The position numbers and the translations under genes were made by a program. This document shows positions 19,437 through 29,890 of a stretch of DNA of 64,000 nt, piece by piece. Under the pieces are notes generated by a model. The model searched no databases, had not been told where the DNA came from, and saw only the letters and a list, made by a program, of their open reading frames with translations. The first letter of the stretch is position 1. Every line of letters begins with the position of its first letter. Location of the stretch: the NCBI GenBank assembly GCA_963708075.1, contig OY970194.1:6016001-6080000 (forward strand), written 5' to 3'. Source of the stretch: Sedimentisphaerales bacterium (lineage in GTDB: Bacteria; Planctomycetota; Phycisphaerae; Sedimentisphaerales; Anaerobacaceae).

Positions 19437-21433
19437 CTACCATCGGTAGTCCAAGGCGCCGCTTATGACGTGGACGGTCTTGTCTGCGTTGAAGCTCGTG
19501 TCATAATCCACGAATGCTCGCAGCCCCCGGGTCAACCTGATGCCGGCTCCCCCTCCGAGCATGATGCTATCCCGGGTGGCCGCCTCATCGCTGATATCGA
19601 ACGGGGCCGGGGGTGCGTCCTGAAGCCGGGCCTCGACTTCGGAGACGACATCGCCAAGCTCATGCACGAAGCGGCCGCGAGCTTGAACGATCGCGGTGCG
19701 GCCCTGTGGACCCAACATCAATTCCTTTGTCAGCTTGGCGCCCACGGAGACCTTGTAGGATTCGTATTGCTGGTCCTCGAAGGCAAGAGCGCTGATCCCG
19801 CCGGTCTCCACGTATTCATCGAGCTGCAGGAACGCGACCTGCAATGCGGCCAACGGCTGGACTAGCCAGGTCGCGGCGGGTTGCCAGTCAAGGCCGGCCT
19901 CGAAGTAGGCGCCCAATTCACGCCCGTCGAGATCACCCTCAAGCCGCTCGCCGATCACGTCAACCACTCGCTCCGTCTCTACGCCAATCTTGGAATACAT
20001 CAGCAGGGAGTTGAGGTACCACCCCGTCGCGCTGTAGCTGTTATAGAGGCCAAAGTGTGTGGTCGTCATGTCCGCCTCGTCGGCCAGCGTGTCGTAATCC
20101 ACCTGGCCGTCCGAACGACCTATGGTGATACCCCAGATGGACCGCTCGCTGGATTGACCCTCGATGCCCACGCTCTGGCCAAAGACACTATACGAGTAGC
20201 CGGTAGCGCCATTCTCGGTCTTCCTGTCGCCGGACAGCCCGTACAGCTTGGCCCAGGTTCCCCAGCCCTCGTTCGACGTGTCCGGACCCAGGTCCCACAG
20301 GAAGCTGTCCCAACTGCGATCGGTGGGCGATCCGATGCCGCTTTGCGGTTCGGCCATCGCCAGCAGCGGCGTGTCACTCAAGCCTTGCAGGTCCCTGGCC
20401 ACGCCGCCACGCGCGCCCTGGAGCCGGTTGGAAACGATTCCCATGAACTTGGCCGTATCGGTCGTCAGGATCGGTGCCAGCGGGGGCCTGCTCTGCCCGC
20501 TCAACTGGTCGTATGCAGTCCGCACCTCGTCGAGGGTCGGCAATTGCTGCAATGCGGCGGTTAAGGGGGAGCCGCCCGACTCGGCGATGGTCTGCAGCAC
20601 GATCCCCATGGCCTGCTGGTTCGGCGTCTGGCTAAACTCCGCATCGAACTGGGCTGCCGAGATTCTCAGAAGCACAAAGGGGCCCCCGTTCGGATCCGCG
20701 ATGGTCAGGTCCAGCAAGGCCGTGTCAGTCACACCGAGCGCACCCTGACGCTGTTCGCGTCGACGATCGTGTAGTCCTTCGTCCCTGTGATCGTCTCCGT
20801 GGGAAACACGTTGACTCTCCCGCCGACGGCGTTGACGTCGCCGGTCACAACGAGTTTATCGCCGACGGCGCTGTCGTTGACGTCCACCTCCAGAATGCCG
20901 CCCGGCTTGAACGTGAGGTCGCCATCGATGGTCAGAGTCCCGATCCCATCCTCCCCTGGGCTGATCGTACCCCAGTTGGTGACCGAAGGAGACTTCAATG
21001 TGCCATTGCCCGCGAGAGCGCCGTCGCCCCAGATGATCGTCAGTTGATTCGCGTCAACCCTGCCGGCCATGATCATCAGCAGAGCCGTCCCGCCCGCCTG
21101 TGTTCCGCTGCCGCCGATGAAAAGACCGGTCGAGTTCTGCCAGAGGGTGTTGGGGTCCATAATGATCACACGCGCCTCGCTGCCGGCAAGGTAGCCCATG
21201 TAGGCATTGACATCGACGACCTTGCTGTTACCGGACAGGATCATGGTGCCGCTGGCGTCGATTCCCACTCTGAGGTCCCCGGCGATATTCCATGGATCGC
21301 CACCCGTGAATAGTGGCTGGACGTTGCCGCCGGTGATGATTGACCCTGTGGCAGGATCAGCCGGAAGAAGCAACGAGCCGAGGCCAGTCAAAAGTACGCC
21401 GAAGACCGCGAGTTTTCTCATATCCACTCTCAT
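19437..21433 (-). pseudogene. Autotransporter (type V) split by a 1-nt frameshift near 20745
   Basis: 21433-20729 encodes signal peptide plus passenger (GTISPG..GTLTIDGDL); 20732-19437 encodes linker plus beta-barrel ending in YRW; one added base joins them. Confidence 0.8.
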
Positions 21434-21870
21434 GATTCACCTTCTGCGATTTATGGATCACCATTCATGATGTACGATTGGCCCAGGGCTCTCCTGAGCG
21501 GCGCGAATCATTACTCGTCGCTCCGGCCTGTACCCACATCACAAGTCGTACATCGTAATTCGGACATGGCAAGTCTAAGTCCATATCCCTCTATCGTCAT
21601 TTTGGCCCGCCGGGTGAGGAAATGAACCGTCCAAGCCTGTCAGTTCTGCATCAGGCGTCCGGGATTTGATGGCGGATGCGTCCGGCCACGGGATATCGGA
21701 CCATTGCCGACCTTCACGGGTTGTGCGACTACGAGATTGCCTGGTTTTGTTCGCAACGGCCGATAATGTCCCTTTGTGTCACTGCGAGCACCGGCATTGA
21801 CGACGTGCCCGGTCCCACGGCACAGTGCCTAAAACCTGCGCAGCCGCCAGGACTGGGCCCGGTCGTTTGG

Positions 21871-21898
21871 TTGACGGACAATGGCGGGGCGGTACAAT
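21871..21898 (+). promoter_or_regulatory. sigma70-type promoter of the ABC operon
   Basis: TTGACG-16-TACAAT. Confidence 0.5.
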
Positions 21899-21927
21899 CA
21901 GGCGAGTTTTCTCTTCGGGTGTGAGCG

Positions 21928-22839
21928 ATGCATGCGATTGAGCTGGAGCAGGTAAGTAAGTCGTTCGGCGTGGTGCGCGCGGTGGACCGGTTGAGCGTCT
22001 CCGTGCCGCAGGGGAGTGTGTACGGATTCCTCGGGCCTAACGGGGCGGGCAAGACGACGACGCTGCGGATGGTAATGGACATCATCCGGCCGGATAGCGG
22101 GGCGGTTCGGCTGTTCGGGCAGGGGGCTTCGTCCGTGGTCCGCCGCCGTATCGGGTACATGCCGGAGGAACGCGGGCTGTATCGCAAGATGAGTGTCTCG
22201 GCCGTGCTCAACTACTTCGGTTCGCTCAAGGGGCTGGCCGGGACCGACCTCAGGCGGCGCACGACGCAGTGGCTCGAGCGGATCTCGCTGGCCGAGCACG
22301 CGAAGAAGAAGGTCGAGGAGTTGTCGCGAGGGATGCACCAGAAGCTGCAATTCGCCGTGACCGTGATCAATGACCCGGAGCTGGTGATCCTCGACGAGCC
22401 GTTCTCGGGACTCGATCCCGTGAACCAGGACCTGCTGCGGGAGATCATCACCGAGATGCGCCGCGACGGCAGGACGGTCCTGTTCTCGACCCACGTGATG
22501 CACGAGGCGGAGCGGCTGTGTGACTTCATCGTGCTGATCGATCGCGGCCGCGTTGTGGTCAACGGGACCCTGGACCAGATTCGCCGCGGACACGAGTCGC
22601 ACACGATCTCCATCGAGCTGGAGGGCGACGGCGATTTCATCCATCGCCTGCCGCTGGTGCAGGAAGTGCGGCCGGAAGGACGGCGGTTGGACATCCGGCT
22701 TCGCGATGGGGCGGACCCGCAGGAGCTGCTCAAGGCGCTCGTCGAGCGGACGCGGGTGCGGGCGTTCGAGATCAAGCAGCCCTCGCTGCACGAGATCTTC
22801 ATTCGACTGGTCGGAGGGGACCGTGCAGAACATCTATAA
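21928..22839 (+). CDS. ABC-2 exporter ATP-binding protein (NatA/YhaQ-like)
   Basis: GPNGAGKTT, LSRGM, ILDEPFSGLDP, STH. Confidence 0.93.
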   Translation: MHAIELEQVSKSFGVVRAVDRLSVSVPQGSVYGFLGPNGAGKTTTLRMVMDIIRPDSGAVRLFGQGASSVVRRRIGYMPEERGLYRKMSVSAVLNYFGSLKGLAGTDLRRRTTQWLERISLAEHAKKKVEELSRGMHQKLQFAVTVINDPELVILDEPFSGLDPVNQDLLREIITEMRRDGRTVLFSTHVMHEAERLCDFIVLIDRGRVVVNGTLDQIRRGHESHTISIELEGDGDFIHRLPLVQEVRPEGRRLDIRLRDGADPQELLKALVERTRVRAFEIKQPSLHEIFIRLVGGDRAEHL

Positions 22840-24088
22840 AGTCGCACAGCGCGAGTTCCGCGAGACGGTCAGGACCTGGACCTTCATTCTGGGCATGGTC
22901 GTGTTGCCCCTGGCTCTGGGGGGCATGATCCTGTTTGGCGATCGGCTCGCCCCGGATCGCAACGCGCCCCGCGGGCCCATCCGGGTGGGCGTGACGAGCC
23001 CTTCGAGCGAGCTGTTCAAGCAGATCCAGGCCACATTTGACGGGTACAACCAGTCGCACCCGCAGGCTCCAATTACCTTGACGGCCGTGAATGCGGATGA
23101 GGGATCGGCCCAGGAGCAGGGCAAAGACATGCTGCGACAGGCCCAACTGGATACCTACGTGGCACTGGAAGGGGATCTGGAGGGCACGGACGGCACAGTG
23201 CGGTTCTACACCTACAAGCCGAAGTCGTCGCATATTGATGCGCTCTTCATGATCGAGGGTCTGCTTCGCGACGCGGTGGTCAGCCGGCGGTACGAGACGC
23301 GGGGCCTCGACCGCGCCGTCGTAAATGCGATCTCCAATGTTCCCATGCAGCGGGTCGAGCTCGGCGAGGAGGAGGGACAGGAGCAGGTGCAGGGCGAAGG
23401 CCAGCGGGTGGCCCGCATGATGGTCCCGTTCGCGTTCATGTACCTGATCTTCATCGGGATCATCAGCATGGGTCAGCATCTGGTCAGCAGCATCATCGAG
23501 GAGAAGAACTCGCGGATCATGGAGGTGCTGCTGTCGGTGGTCAGCCCGTTCGAGTTGATGGCGGGCAAGATTGTGGGGTTGGCCGCCGTGGGCTGCACGA
23601 TCGTGGTGCTGTGGGGCGCCGCGGGATACGCGGCCGCCATCTGGCAAGGCATCAAGATCGATATCGGCGTCGGCCTGATCCTGTGCTGCCTGATCTACTT
23701 CATCCTGGGATTCATCCTGTTCAGCGCGGTCCTGGCGGGCGTTGGCTCGATCTGCAATACGATCAAGGAGACGCAAAGCCTGCTCATGCCCGTCATGCTC
23801 GTCTTCGTCGCCCCGGTCGTGGCAGGCCTGAAAATGGTCCAGAATCCCAACGGCGAGCTGGCCCGCGTGCTGTCGTACGTGCCGCCGACCACGCCGATGG
23901 TGATGGTCCTGCGCCTCTCCAGCGGCACGGACATCTGGGCCGGTGAGGTCATCCTGTCGATCCTCGCCCTGGCCGCGGGCGTACTGGCGGCTCTCTGGGC
24001 GGCCGCCAAGGTCTTCCGCACCGGCATCCTCATGTACGGCAAGCGCCCCGCCCTCCGCGAAATCTTCCGCTGGCTGAAAGAGAAATAG
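22823..24088 (+). CDS. ABC-2 exporter permease (NatB/YhaP-like)
   Basis: IIEEKNSRIMEVLLS, LMAGKI, GILMYGKR; GTG start after GGAGG. Confidence 0.9.
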   Translation: MQNIYKVAQREFRETVRTWTFILGMVVLPLALGGMILFGDRLAPDRNAPRGPIRVGVTSPSSELFKQIQATFDGYNQSHPQAPITLTAVNADEGSAQEQGKDMLRQAQLDTYVALEGDLEGTDGTVRFYTYKPKSSHIDALFMIEGLLRDAVVSRRYETRGLDRAVVNAISNVPMQRVELGEEEGQEQVQGEGQRVARMMVPFAFMYLIFIGIISMGQHLVSSIIEEKNSRIMEVLLSVVSPFELMAGKIVGLAAVGCTIVVLWGAAGYAAAIWQGIKIDIGVGLILCCLIYFILGFILFSAVLAGVGSICNTIKETQSLLMPVMLVFVAPVVAGLKMVQNPNGELARVLSYVPPTTPMVMVLRLSSGTDIWAGEVILSILALAAGVLAALWAAAKVFRTGILMYGKRPALREIFRWLKEK

Positions 24089-24095
24089 CGGGATT

Positions 24096-24118
24096 GGCAG
24101 GGCTTGTCCCGCCGCTAC
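24096..24118. repeat. GTAG REP-like palindrome between convergent genes
   Basis: Reverse complement reads GTAGCGGCGGGACAAGCCCTGCC. Confidence 0.5.
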
Positions 24119-24129
24119 CCCTGGCTCTT

Positions 24130-25083
24130 TCAGCGATTCTTCTGTTGGGTGGCCATAGCGGCCTTGAGACCTTTGGCCAACTCCTCAGGCGGGCCCTTGC
24201 CCCAGAAGTGCAGGAAATAGAATGGTGGCTGGTCGCCGATCATGTGGTTATGCAGGGCGACAATGTGAATGTCGGCCTTGCGAAGGGCATGCATGACGGG
24301 CTGGACCTCGTCGGCGGCCATGATGAAGTCGCCGTCTGCGATCGCCTGCCTGGAATTGCCCGAGAACGATGCCCATGTGGTCAGTCCCATCGATCCGCCA
24401 ATGGGGACGCCGTCCATCGTGCCCGTACGGGGGAAAGTGAATTTGATCGTGGCCTTGTTGTCCTCGGCCTTGACGCCAAGGATCTTCTCGAGGGTGGGCA
24501 CGTCGAACGTGCCGGCCTGCTTGGGCACGTCGCCCAGGAAGTGGTCCCACGGCACCGGGTGTGTTCTGCGCACGGCCTTGATTGCATCCCATACCGCCTT
24601 GACAGCGCCGCCGAGCTGCTCCGGACTTCCGTGGCCCAGGATATGCATGAAGTAGACCGGCGGCCGGTCGAAGATGAAGTGGTTATGGATTCCCGTGATT
24701 TCGAGGCCATGGGCAAACGCGGCATCCATCGCCGGGGTGATTTCGTCCGCGAAGACTACAGTGTCGCCCATTACCATGGCCCCGCCCTTCGGCATCGCTT
24801 TGAACGCCGCCCATGATCCCAGCCCGGCCGAGGGCTCGAACGGCATGTTGTCTATCGTGACCTTCACCTCGTCGCGCGACCAGGCGATACGGACGACGCC
24901 ATCGGGCATCGTGGTTGCCTTGGTGCCTGCCGCACGCTCGATGGTCTCCTCGCTGAGCGGCTGGTTACTATCGGCGGTCGGCCGGTCCTGCCTTTGATCG
25001 GTGCCTGCTCCGGCAGCCCAGACAGAGACCGGCAAAAGAAACAAAACGCAGATGACGAGACGATGAGTCGTGCCTGTGCACAT
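24130..25083 (-). CDS. Secreted DUF1259 (LppY/LpqO-like) protein
   Basis: Signal peptide; two repeats with WAAF/WASF, GD, IHNH/LHNH and YFMH/YFLH. Confidence 0.85.
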   Translation of the reverse strand: MCTGTTHRLVICVLFLLPVSVWAAGAGTDQRQDRPTADSNQPLSEETIERAAGTKATTMPDGVVRIAWSRDEVKVTIDNMPFEPSAGLGSWAAFKAMPKGGAMVMGDTVVFADEITPAMDAAFAHGLEITGIHNHFIFDRPPVYFMHILGHGSPEQLGGAVKAVWDAIKAVRRTHPVPWDHFLGDVPKQAGTFDVPTLEKILGVKAEDNKATIKFTFPRTGTMDGVPIGGSMGLTTWASFSGNSRQAIADGDFIMAADEVQPVMHALRKADIHIVALHNHMIGDQPPFYFLHFWGKGPPEELAKGLKAAMATQQKNR

Positions 25084-25274
25084 AGGCCTATTCCCTTCCA
25101 TTAGATTATTGCGTTGGTAGACCCATTGAAATCGCGAACCTCGCCGCTCACTATAGGCTTTCGGCTTACTCGCGGCCCTCCGGTTGCCTATCCTGGATGG
25201 CACTTGCCCCGGCGCTCTGTCTCGGATATGCTCAGGTGCAATGACATGGACGAATCGATAGGTGCAATGGAAGT

Positions 25275-25790
25275 ATGAATCTGATTACTGATGTCAGTCC
25301 GCTGACGTGGGAGGCGTTGCTGTGCTGCTTCCTGTCGGGGCTTGTTGTTGGGCTGGAGCGCCAATTGCGGGGCAAGCCGGTCGGGATGCGGACGAGCGCC
25401 CTGATCTGCATCGGGACGTACGTGTTCGTCGCCATCACGCGTAGCATCTCCACGGAGATAACCGATCCATCTCGGATCACCGGCCAGGTAGTCACGGGTA
25501 TCGGTTTCCTGGGTGCAGGCGTGATCCTGGCCCGGCAGGGGGCCATCATAGGTGTCACCTCGGCCTCCGCGATCTGGATCCTGGCGGCCATCGGCGTGAC
25601 CATCGGCACGGGTTTCCCCTGGCTCGGGGTCAAGCTGGCCATCCTGACGGTGGTGATCCTCGCCGGCGTGGAGCTCGTTGAGACCCGCTTTGAGGCTCTG
25701 CAGAAGGGCGTGCACGGCGGGCTCGGGAAGAAACGGGGACATGAGCAGGAGCAGGGAAAACGGCCCCGGATGAGAGAAGTCTCCGAATAG
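25275..25790 (+). CDS. MgtC/SapB family membrane protein
   Basis: GLERQ, GMRT, DPSRI, VTGIGFLGAGVI, GVTSASAIW. Confidence 0.92.
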   Translation: MNLITDVSPLTWEALLCCFLSGLVVGLERQLRGKPVGMRTSALICIGTYVFVAITRSISTEITDPSRITGQVVTGIGFLGAGVILARQGAIIGVTSASAIWILAAIGVTIGTGFPWLGVKLAILTVVILAGVELVETRFEALQKGVHGGLGKKRGHEQEQGKRPRMREVSE

Positions 25791-25895
25791 CGCCCACCGG
25801 CTGTGACGATACGCAAGGAGGTCTTCGCCCAGCCGGATGGCAGATTTCAGATCACCGTGCTGCTGGACTTCTCCGAACGATGAAGTCCGCCCGGG

Positions 25896-27107
25896 TCAAC
25901 TGCCGAGGACTTCGGTTTGGGTGGGGCCAATGAGCCTGTAGCGAATGCCTCGCCAGCGGATGGTCTGACCGAACGCGGAGGAGAGAATGAACAGGCACAA
26001 CAGTGCCGACCAGAGCCAGCAGCCGAGGATGTCGGCGGCGGCGGCCCGCCAAAGCTGAGGCCCGTACTCGCTCAGGATCTGCATGGCCATCAACTGTCGC
26101 AGCATGGCGCGCAGGACCTGCCCGGCGAAGAAGAGCGCGGGGACGGCGGCGTAAAGAAGGATGTGCTCGGCGTGCGTGGCGGCGGCGTAGCCGGCCATGG
26201 CCAGGCCGCCCCAGAGACCCACGACCGACCCGAGGCTGAGGAGAAAGGCGGCCCACCACGTCCCGGGCACATAGACCCGCGCGATCAGGAATTGCCGGCG
26301 GGCAAACTCGTAGAGGCCCGACCACGTCGTATCCTCAAAGGACGGGACCAGGCACGTGGGCACGAAGGCCACTTTCATGCCGGCTTTCTTCACAGCATGG
26401 CTGAGCGAGAGGTCGTCGCTCAGTGTGCTCCTCCAGACCTGTTCCAGATTGAGCCGGTGGAAGTCCTCGGCACAGATCGCCATGGAGCCGCCCCAGGCGT
26501 GATTGAGCCGGCTGTTGCCGAGCAGTTGTGCCACAGCGGCATTGATCGCCGATATCGCCAGGCTTGCCAGGTTGTTCTTCGTGGGGACGAACCAGCGATA
26601 GCCGGTCGCCGCGGCCCGCCCGGGTCGGCGAACAGGCCAGACCAGTTGGGAAAGCCAGTCCTCGTGAACGCACACATCCGAATCGGCAAAGGCGAACACC
26701 TGCGCGCTGTCGGGCACGCGATCGAGGGCGTAGAGCAGATTGTGGATTTTCTGGCTGCACGAGGCCGATGGACCCGCAACGAGAATTTGAATATCGGACG
26801 CTTTCGACTCCCGGCCCAGGGCCTCCTTCAACTCGCATATCTTTGCATAGGCAGGGTCCGTCTTCTCTTCCACGACGAAGAACAGGCGGTAGTTGGTATG
26901 GTCCTGCTTGAGGAATGAGGCGATATTCGTCTGGAAGCGGGCATCCAGGCCCTTGCATGGGATGATCAAGGCGACAAGACGCTCCGGGATCGGCGGTCGC
27001 TTCTTTCCGTACCTGGATCGGGCGTAATGGTAGTTGCGCAAGGCGTAGTACGAGGTCAACAACTGTGCCAGTATCGCCACCCAGGCTATATAGATGTACC
27101 ACTGCAT
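25896..27107 (-). CDS. GT2/GT21 glycosyltransferase (ceramide glucosyltransferase/HpnI-like)
   Basis: IIPCKG, SQKIHNL, FADSD, AWGGSMAI, SDD, RQ, IRWRGIRY; TM segments. Confidence 0.85.
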   Translation of the reverse strand: MQWYIYIAWVAILAQLLTSYYALRNYHYARSRYGKKRPPIPERLVALIIPCKGLDARFQTNIASFLKQDHTNYRLFFVVEEKTDPAYAKICELKEALGRESKASDIQILVAGPSASCSQKIHNLLYALDRVPDSAQVFAFADSDVCVHEDWLSQLVWPVRRPGRAAATGYRWFVPTKNNLASLAISAINAAVAQLLGNSRLNHAWGGSMAICAEDFHRLNLEQVWRSTLSDDLSLSHAVKKAGMKVAFVPTCLVPSFEDTTWSGLYEFARRQFLIARVYVPGTWWAAFLLSLGSVVGLWGGLAMAGYAAATHAEHILLYAAVPALFFAGQVLRAMLRQLMAMQILSEYGPQLWRAAAADILGCWLWSALLCLFILSSAFGQTIRWRGIRYRLIGPTQTEVLGS

Positions 27108-27312
27108 CTCGAATCAACGGATTCCAATATAAACGCCGGCATCTAATCCGCCCCGCGCTCCTGTGTTGCAGGACCGCGGCTACAATACGCCAGATCACGC
27201 AGAAACACCAGACTATTTCATACGCACTGCGTCAATAAGCTTCGACATAGGACGCGAAATGAGAAGGTAAGAACGTGAGAGGACAGAAACGTCAGAGGGA
27301 ATTGAGCCCGGC

Positions 27313-28161
27313 TTACTCGATGGAGGCCAGAGGGATGATGGATTGGGTGAGCTCGTCGATTGCGCAGGTCTTGGCCAGATCGATCCGGAGCATGTGTCCA
27401 TGGTTGTGATCGGAGGCCAGGATGATGAGATTGTCGCCTGCCCGGCGCCATCCGTCGGGTTGAGGCTGGTGGCCCAGCACGAAGATATCCACGTCCAGCA
27501 GCCTGGCCATGTGATTGACGGTGGCCTGGCTGTGCCGGCGGCCCCAGGTCAGCAGGTACGCGGACCCGGGTTTTTTGCAGTCCTCAATGCGAAGGTCCCG
27601 CTCGAAGATCCCTGCATCAAACTGCTCGGCGAGCCGGTCGCTGGGCAGCGAGTGGGAGACCCAGATCCGGTTGGCGCATTTGACGGCCAGGGGCTGCGAG
27701 AAGAGGAACTGCCGGATTGCCAACTCGACATCGGCATGGGCAAGGCGGAATTCGCGTTCCAGGGCGGCGCTCATGGCCCGGTTCATCTCCTTGCCGTTCT
27801 TCATCACTTCGCTGCTGATGATGCACGCGGTGTCGTGGTTGCCCATGACGAAATGGACCTGGTCGGGGAAATCGAGCTTCCACTGGACGGCCTTGAACAG
27901 CAGTTGATAGGACAGGCAGCCGCCGGCGTCGTCTTCGGGTCCGCCGTGGATGATCTCCTGCAGGATGACGTGCCTGTCCGGCCGGCCGGCAAGGTTGGCG
28001 TAGGTGATGAGACGCTCCAGGTTTCTTCGATGCCCGTGGATATCGCCGCCGACAACCAGCGAGCCCCGAGCCGGCAGGTGGATGAGATTGCCACGCCGGA
28101 ACTTGTCGGTGTGGTTGGCCTGAATCCCTCTATTGAGCAGATCGATGATTGTTTGAGGCAT
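27313..28161 (-). CDS. Metallophosphoesterase (calcineurin-like)
   Basis: GDIHG, MGNHD, SHS, LGHQ. Confidence 0.85.
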   Translation of the reverse strand: MPQTIIDLLNRGIQANHTDKFRRGNLIHLPARGSLVVGGDIHGHRRNLERLITYANLAGRPDRHVILQEIIHGGPEDDAGGCLSYQLLFKAVQWKLDFPDQVHFVMGNHDTACIISSEVMKNGKEMNRAMSAALEREFRLAHADVELAIRQFLFSQPLAVKCANRIWVSHSLPSDRLAEQFDAGIFERDLRIEDCKKPGSAYLLTWGRRHSQATVNHMARLLDVDIFVLGHQPQPDGWRRAGDNLIILASDHNHGHMLRIDLAKTCAIDELTQSIIPLASIE

Positions 28162-29008
28162 TATTTCGATTCGCTTTTATCTTCCCGCCGAAGATGCTGT
28201 GGATCATCAGATCCAGCCTGGAGATGACGTCCATCATATTGTTGGGCCGCTCGGCAGGGTCCGCCTTGACGCAGTCCATGACAAGCTTGGACACACCGAT
28301 GGGGATCTGCTGCTTGAGCTCGTGCGGGGCATAGCATTTTTGCGGCTCGTACCGGCCCACCGTGGCGATCTTCTTGGGGATCAGCGTGGGGACGTTCTTG
28401 CCGGTCAGGGCCCAGTACATCGTGGCGCCGAGGTTGAAGATATCGGTCCGGGGCCCGAGGGTCTTGCGCTTGACCTGCTCGGGGGCGATATAGTCAGGTG
28501 TGCCCTGGATGCGAGACTTGGTGGTGCCGATGGGACAACTCTGGCCCAAGTCGATGATTTTGATCGCGCCGCTCTTGCTGATGAGGATATTGTTCGGCTT
28601 CATGTCGCAGTGGATGAAGCTGGCCTGGTGCATGGCGTTGAGGCCGGTGGCGACCATGCGAAAAACCAGCAGGACATCGCCCAGGCTCAGCGTTGTACTC
28701 TCTTCAAGCGTCTTGCCCTCGAAGTGCTCCATAGACAGGAGCATTTCGCGGACCTTGAACATACTGCGGATCTTCCGGAGTTTGTAGCATTTGCGGATGT
28801 AGGGGTGGTCGAGGCGCTGGGAGACCTTGTACTCGTTCTCGGTCTGTTCGAAAACGCGGTGGTCTTCCGGCTTCTCATAGATGAGGCGTTTGAGCGCAAC
28901 AAGCGTTCCGTCCGTCTCATCCGTGGCGAGGTAGATCGTGCTGCGAGCCCCGCTGCCGATCCGTCGGATAATTGTGAATTCCCCGACACTGAGGATATCT
29001 TTGCCCAT
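28130..29008 (-). CDS. Hanks-type Ser/Thr protein kinase
   Basis: IGSGARS, VALK, HCDMKPNN, DLG, GTPDYIAPE, DIFNLG. Confidence 0.93.
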   Translation of the reverse strand: MGKDILSVGEFTIIRRIGSGARSTIYLATDETDGTLVALKRLIYEKPEDHRVFEQTENEYKVSQRLDHPYIRKCYKLRKIRSMFKVREMLLSMEHFEGKTLEESTTLSLGDVLLVFRMVATGLNAMHQASFIHCDMKPNNILISKSGAIKIIDLGQSCPIGTTKSRIQGTPDYIAPEQVKRKTLGPRTDIFNLGATMYWALTGKNVPTLIPKKIATVGRYEPQKCYAPHELKQQIPIGVSKLVMDCVKADPAERPNNMMDVISRLDLMIHSIFGGKIKANRNNASNNHRSAQ

Positions 29009-29339
29009 ACCGTACTGAACCTAAGAGCCCTGCGGGTCAATAATAACAATCATATTTGTCTTAGATGCGCCTCATCGCTTCGGTGTTCCTCTAATTCCCG
29101 GCCGCACCCGATGAACGACGCAGCCACAAACGCGAACCCCTTGTGGCGACTCAACCAAAATACGCAAGCTGGGTAAATTAACCAGCAGGCCCATTCCTGT
29201 CCAGCATTGCTGTCACTTTATATATCGTTACAACGGGGACCCGAGATAAATCTTGACAAAAGCCTTGAAATTGGTTGGATGTTTAGAGATAATCATTCAT
29301 CGTCGTCGTGCGCTATGCCGATGGATGTGCCGATGCTAT

Positions 29340-29412
29340 TCCCCGATAGCTCAATTGGTAGAGCGGGCGGCTGTTAACCGCCAGGTCGTAGGTTCGAGCC
29401 CTACTCGGGGAG
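29340..29412 (+). tRNA. tRNA-Asn (GTT)
   Basis: Acceptor TCCCCGA/TCGGGGA, D-arm AGCTCAATTGGTAGAGC, anticodon arm GGCGG-CTGTTAA-CCGCC, T-arm GTAGGTTCGAGCCCTAC; CCA not encoded. Confidence 0.97.
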
Positions 29413-29561
29413 TTCCACCCAGCCGACTGTCAAACCAGCGTGTCGGTTACACCATCTGGATCATATGTGAGGGTGATATCAGCCTCACGCAAATTCGGTT
29501 TCTTTCCACTGCGCATCGTCCTGTGTGACCGGGGAAATGGATCACGAGGTCCGATAGTCCA

Positions 29562-29601
29562 TTCCCATCCCGGCTACTCCTTTCCCATCCCGGCTACTCC
29601 T
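29562..29601. repeat. Perfect 20-bp tandem duplication
   Basis: TTCCCATCCCGGCTACTCCT x2. Confidence 0.9.
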
Positions 29602-29775
29602 TCCGTGCATTATAAGTCCTTATATAGCAATGGATTAGTGAATGGCTCTGAGACCGCGGTCACCCTGATCTTATGCCGGTGACAGAGCCTGATTCGGCCC
29701 GGGCACGCGAGGCGCCCCGGCCAGGGGACAACAGGACCGTCGCGCGCCAACAGGGGCATATTTTCTTCCCGGCTC

Positions 29776-29804
29776 TTGACATGGATTGGCATTTGGGGTA
29801 AAAT
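29776..29804 (+). promoter_or_regulatory. Strong sigma70 promoter P1 of the fibre locus
   Basis: TTGACA-17-TAAAAT. Confidence 0.7.
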
Positions 29805-29861
29805 GCGCAATAGTGAGAAGTGTGTGATAGAGAAATTAGGCAAAACACAGAACTTTTTATA

Positions 29862-29890
29862 TTGACAACCTGGTTGCGGTATGGTAGTTT
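29862..29890 (+). promoter_or_regulatory. sigma70 promoter P2 of the fibre locus
   Basis: TTGACA-17-TAGTTT with extended -10 TG and AT-rich upstream tract. Confidence 0.65.
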
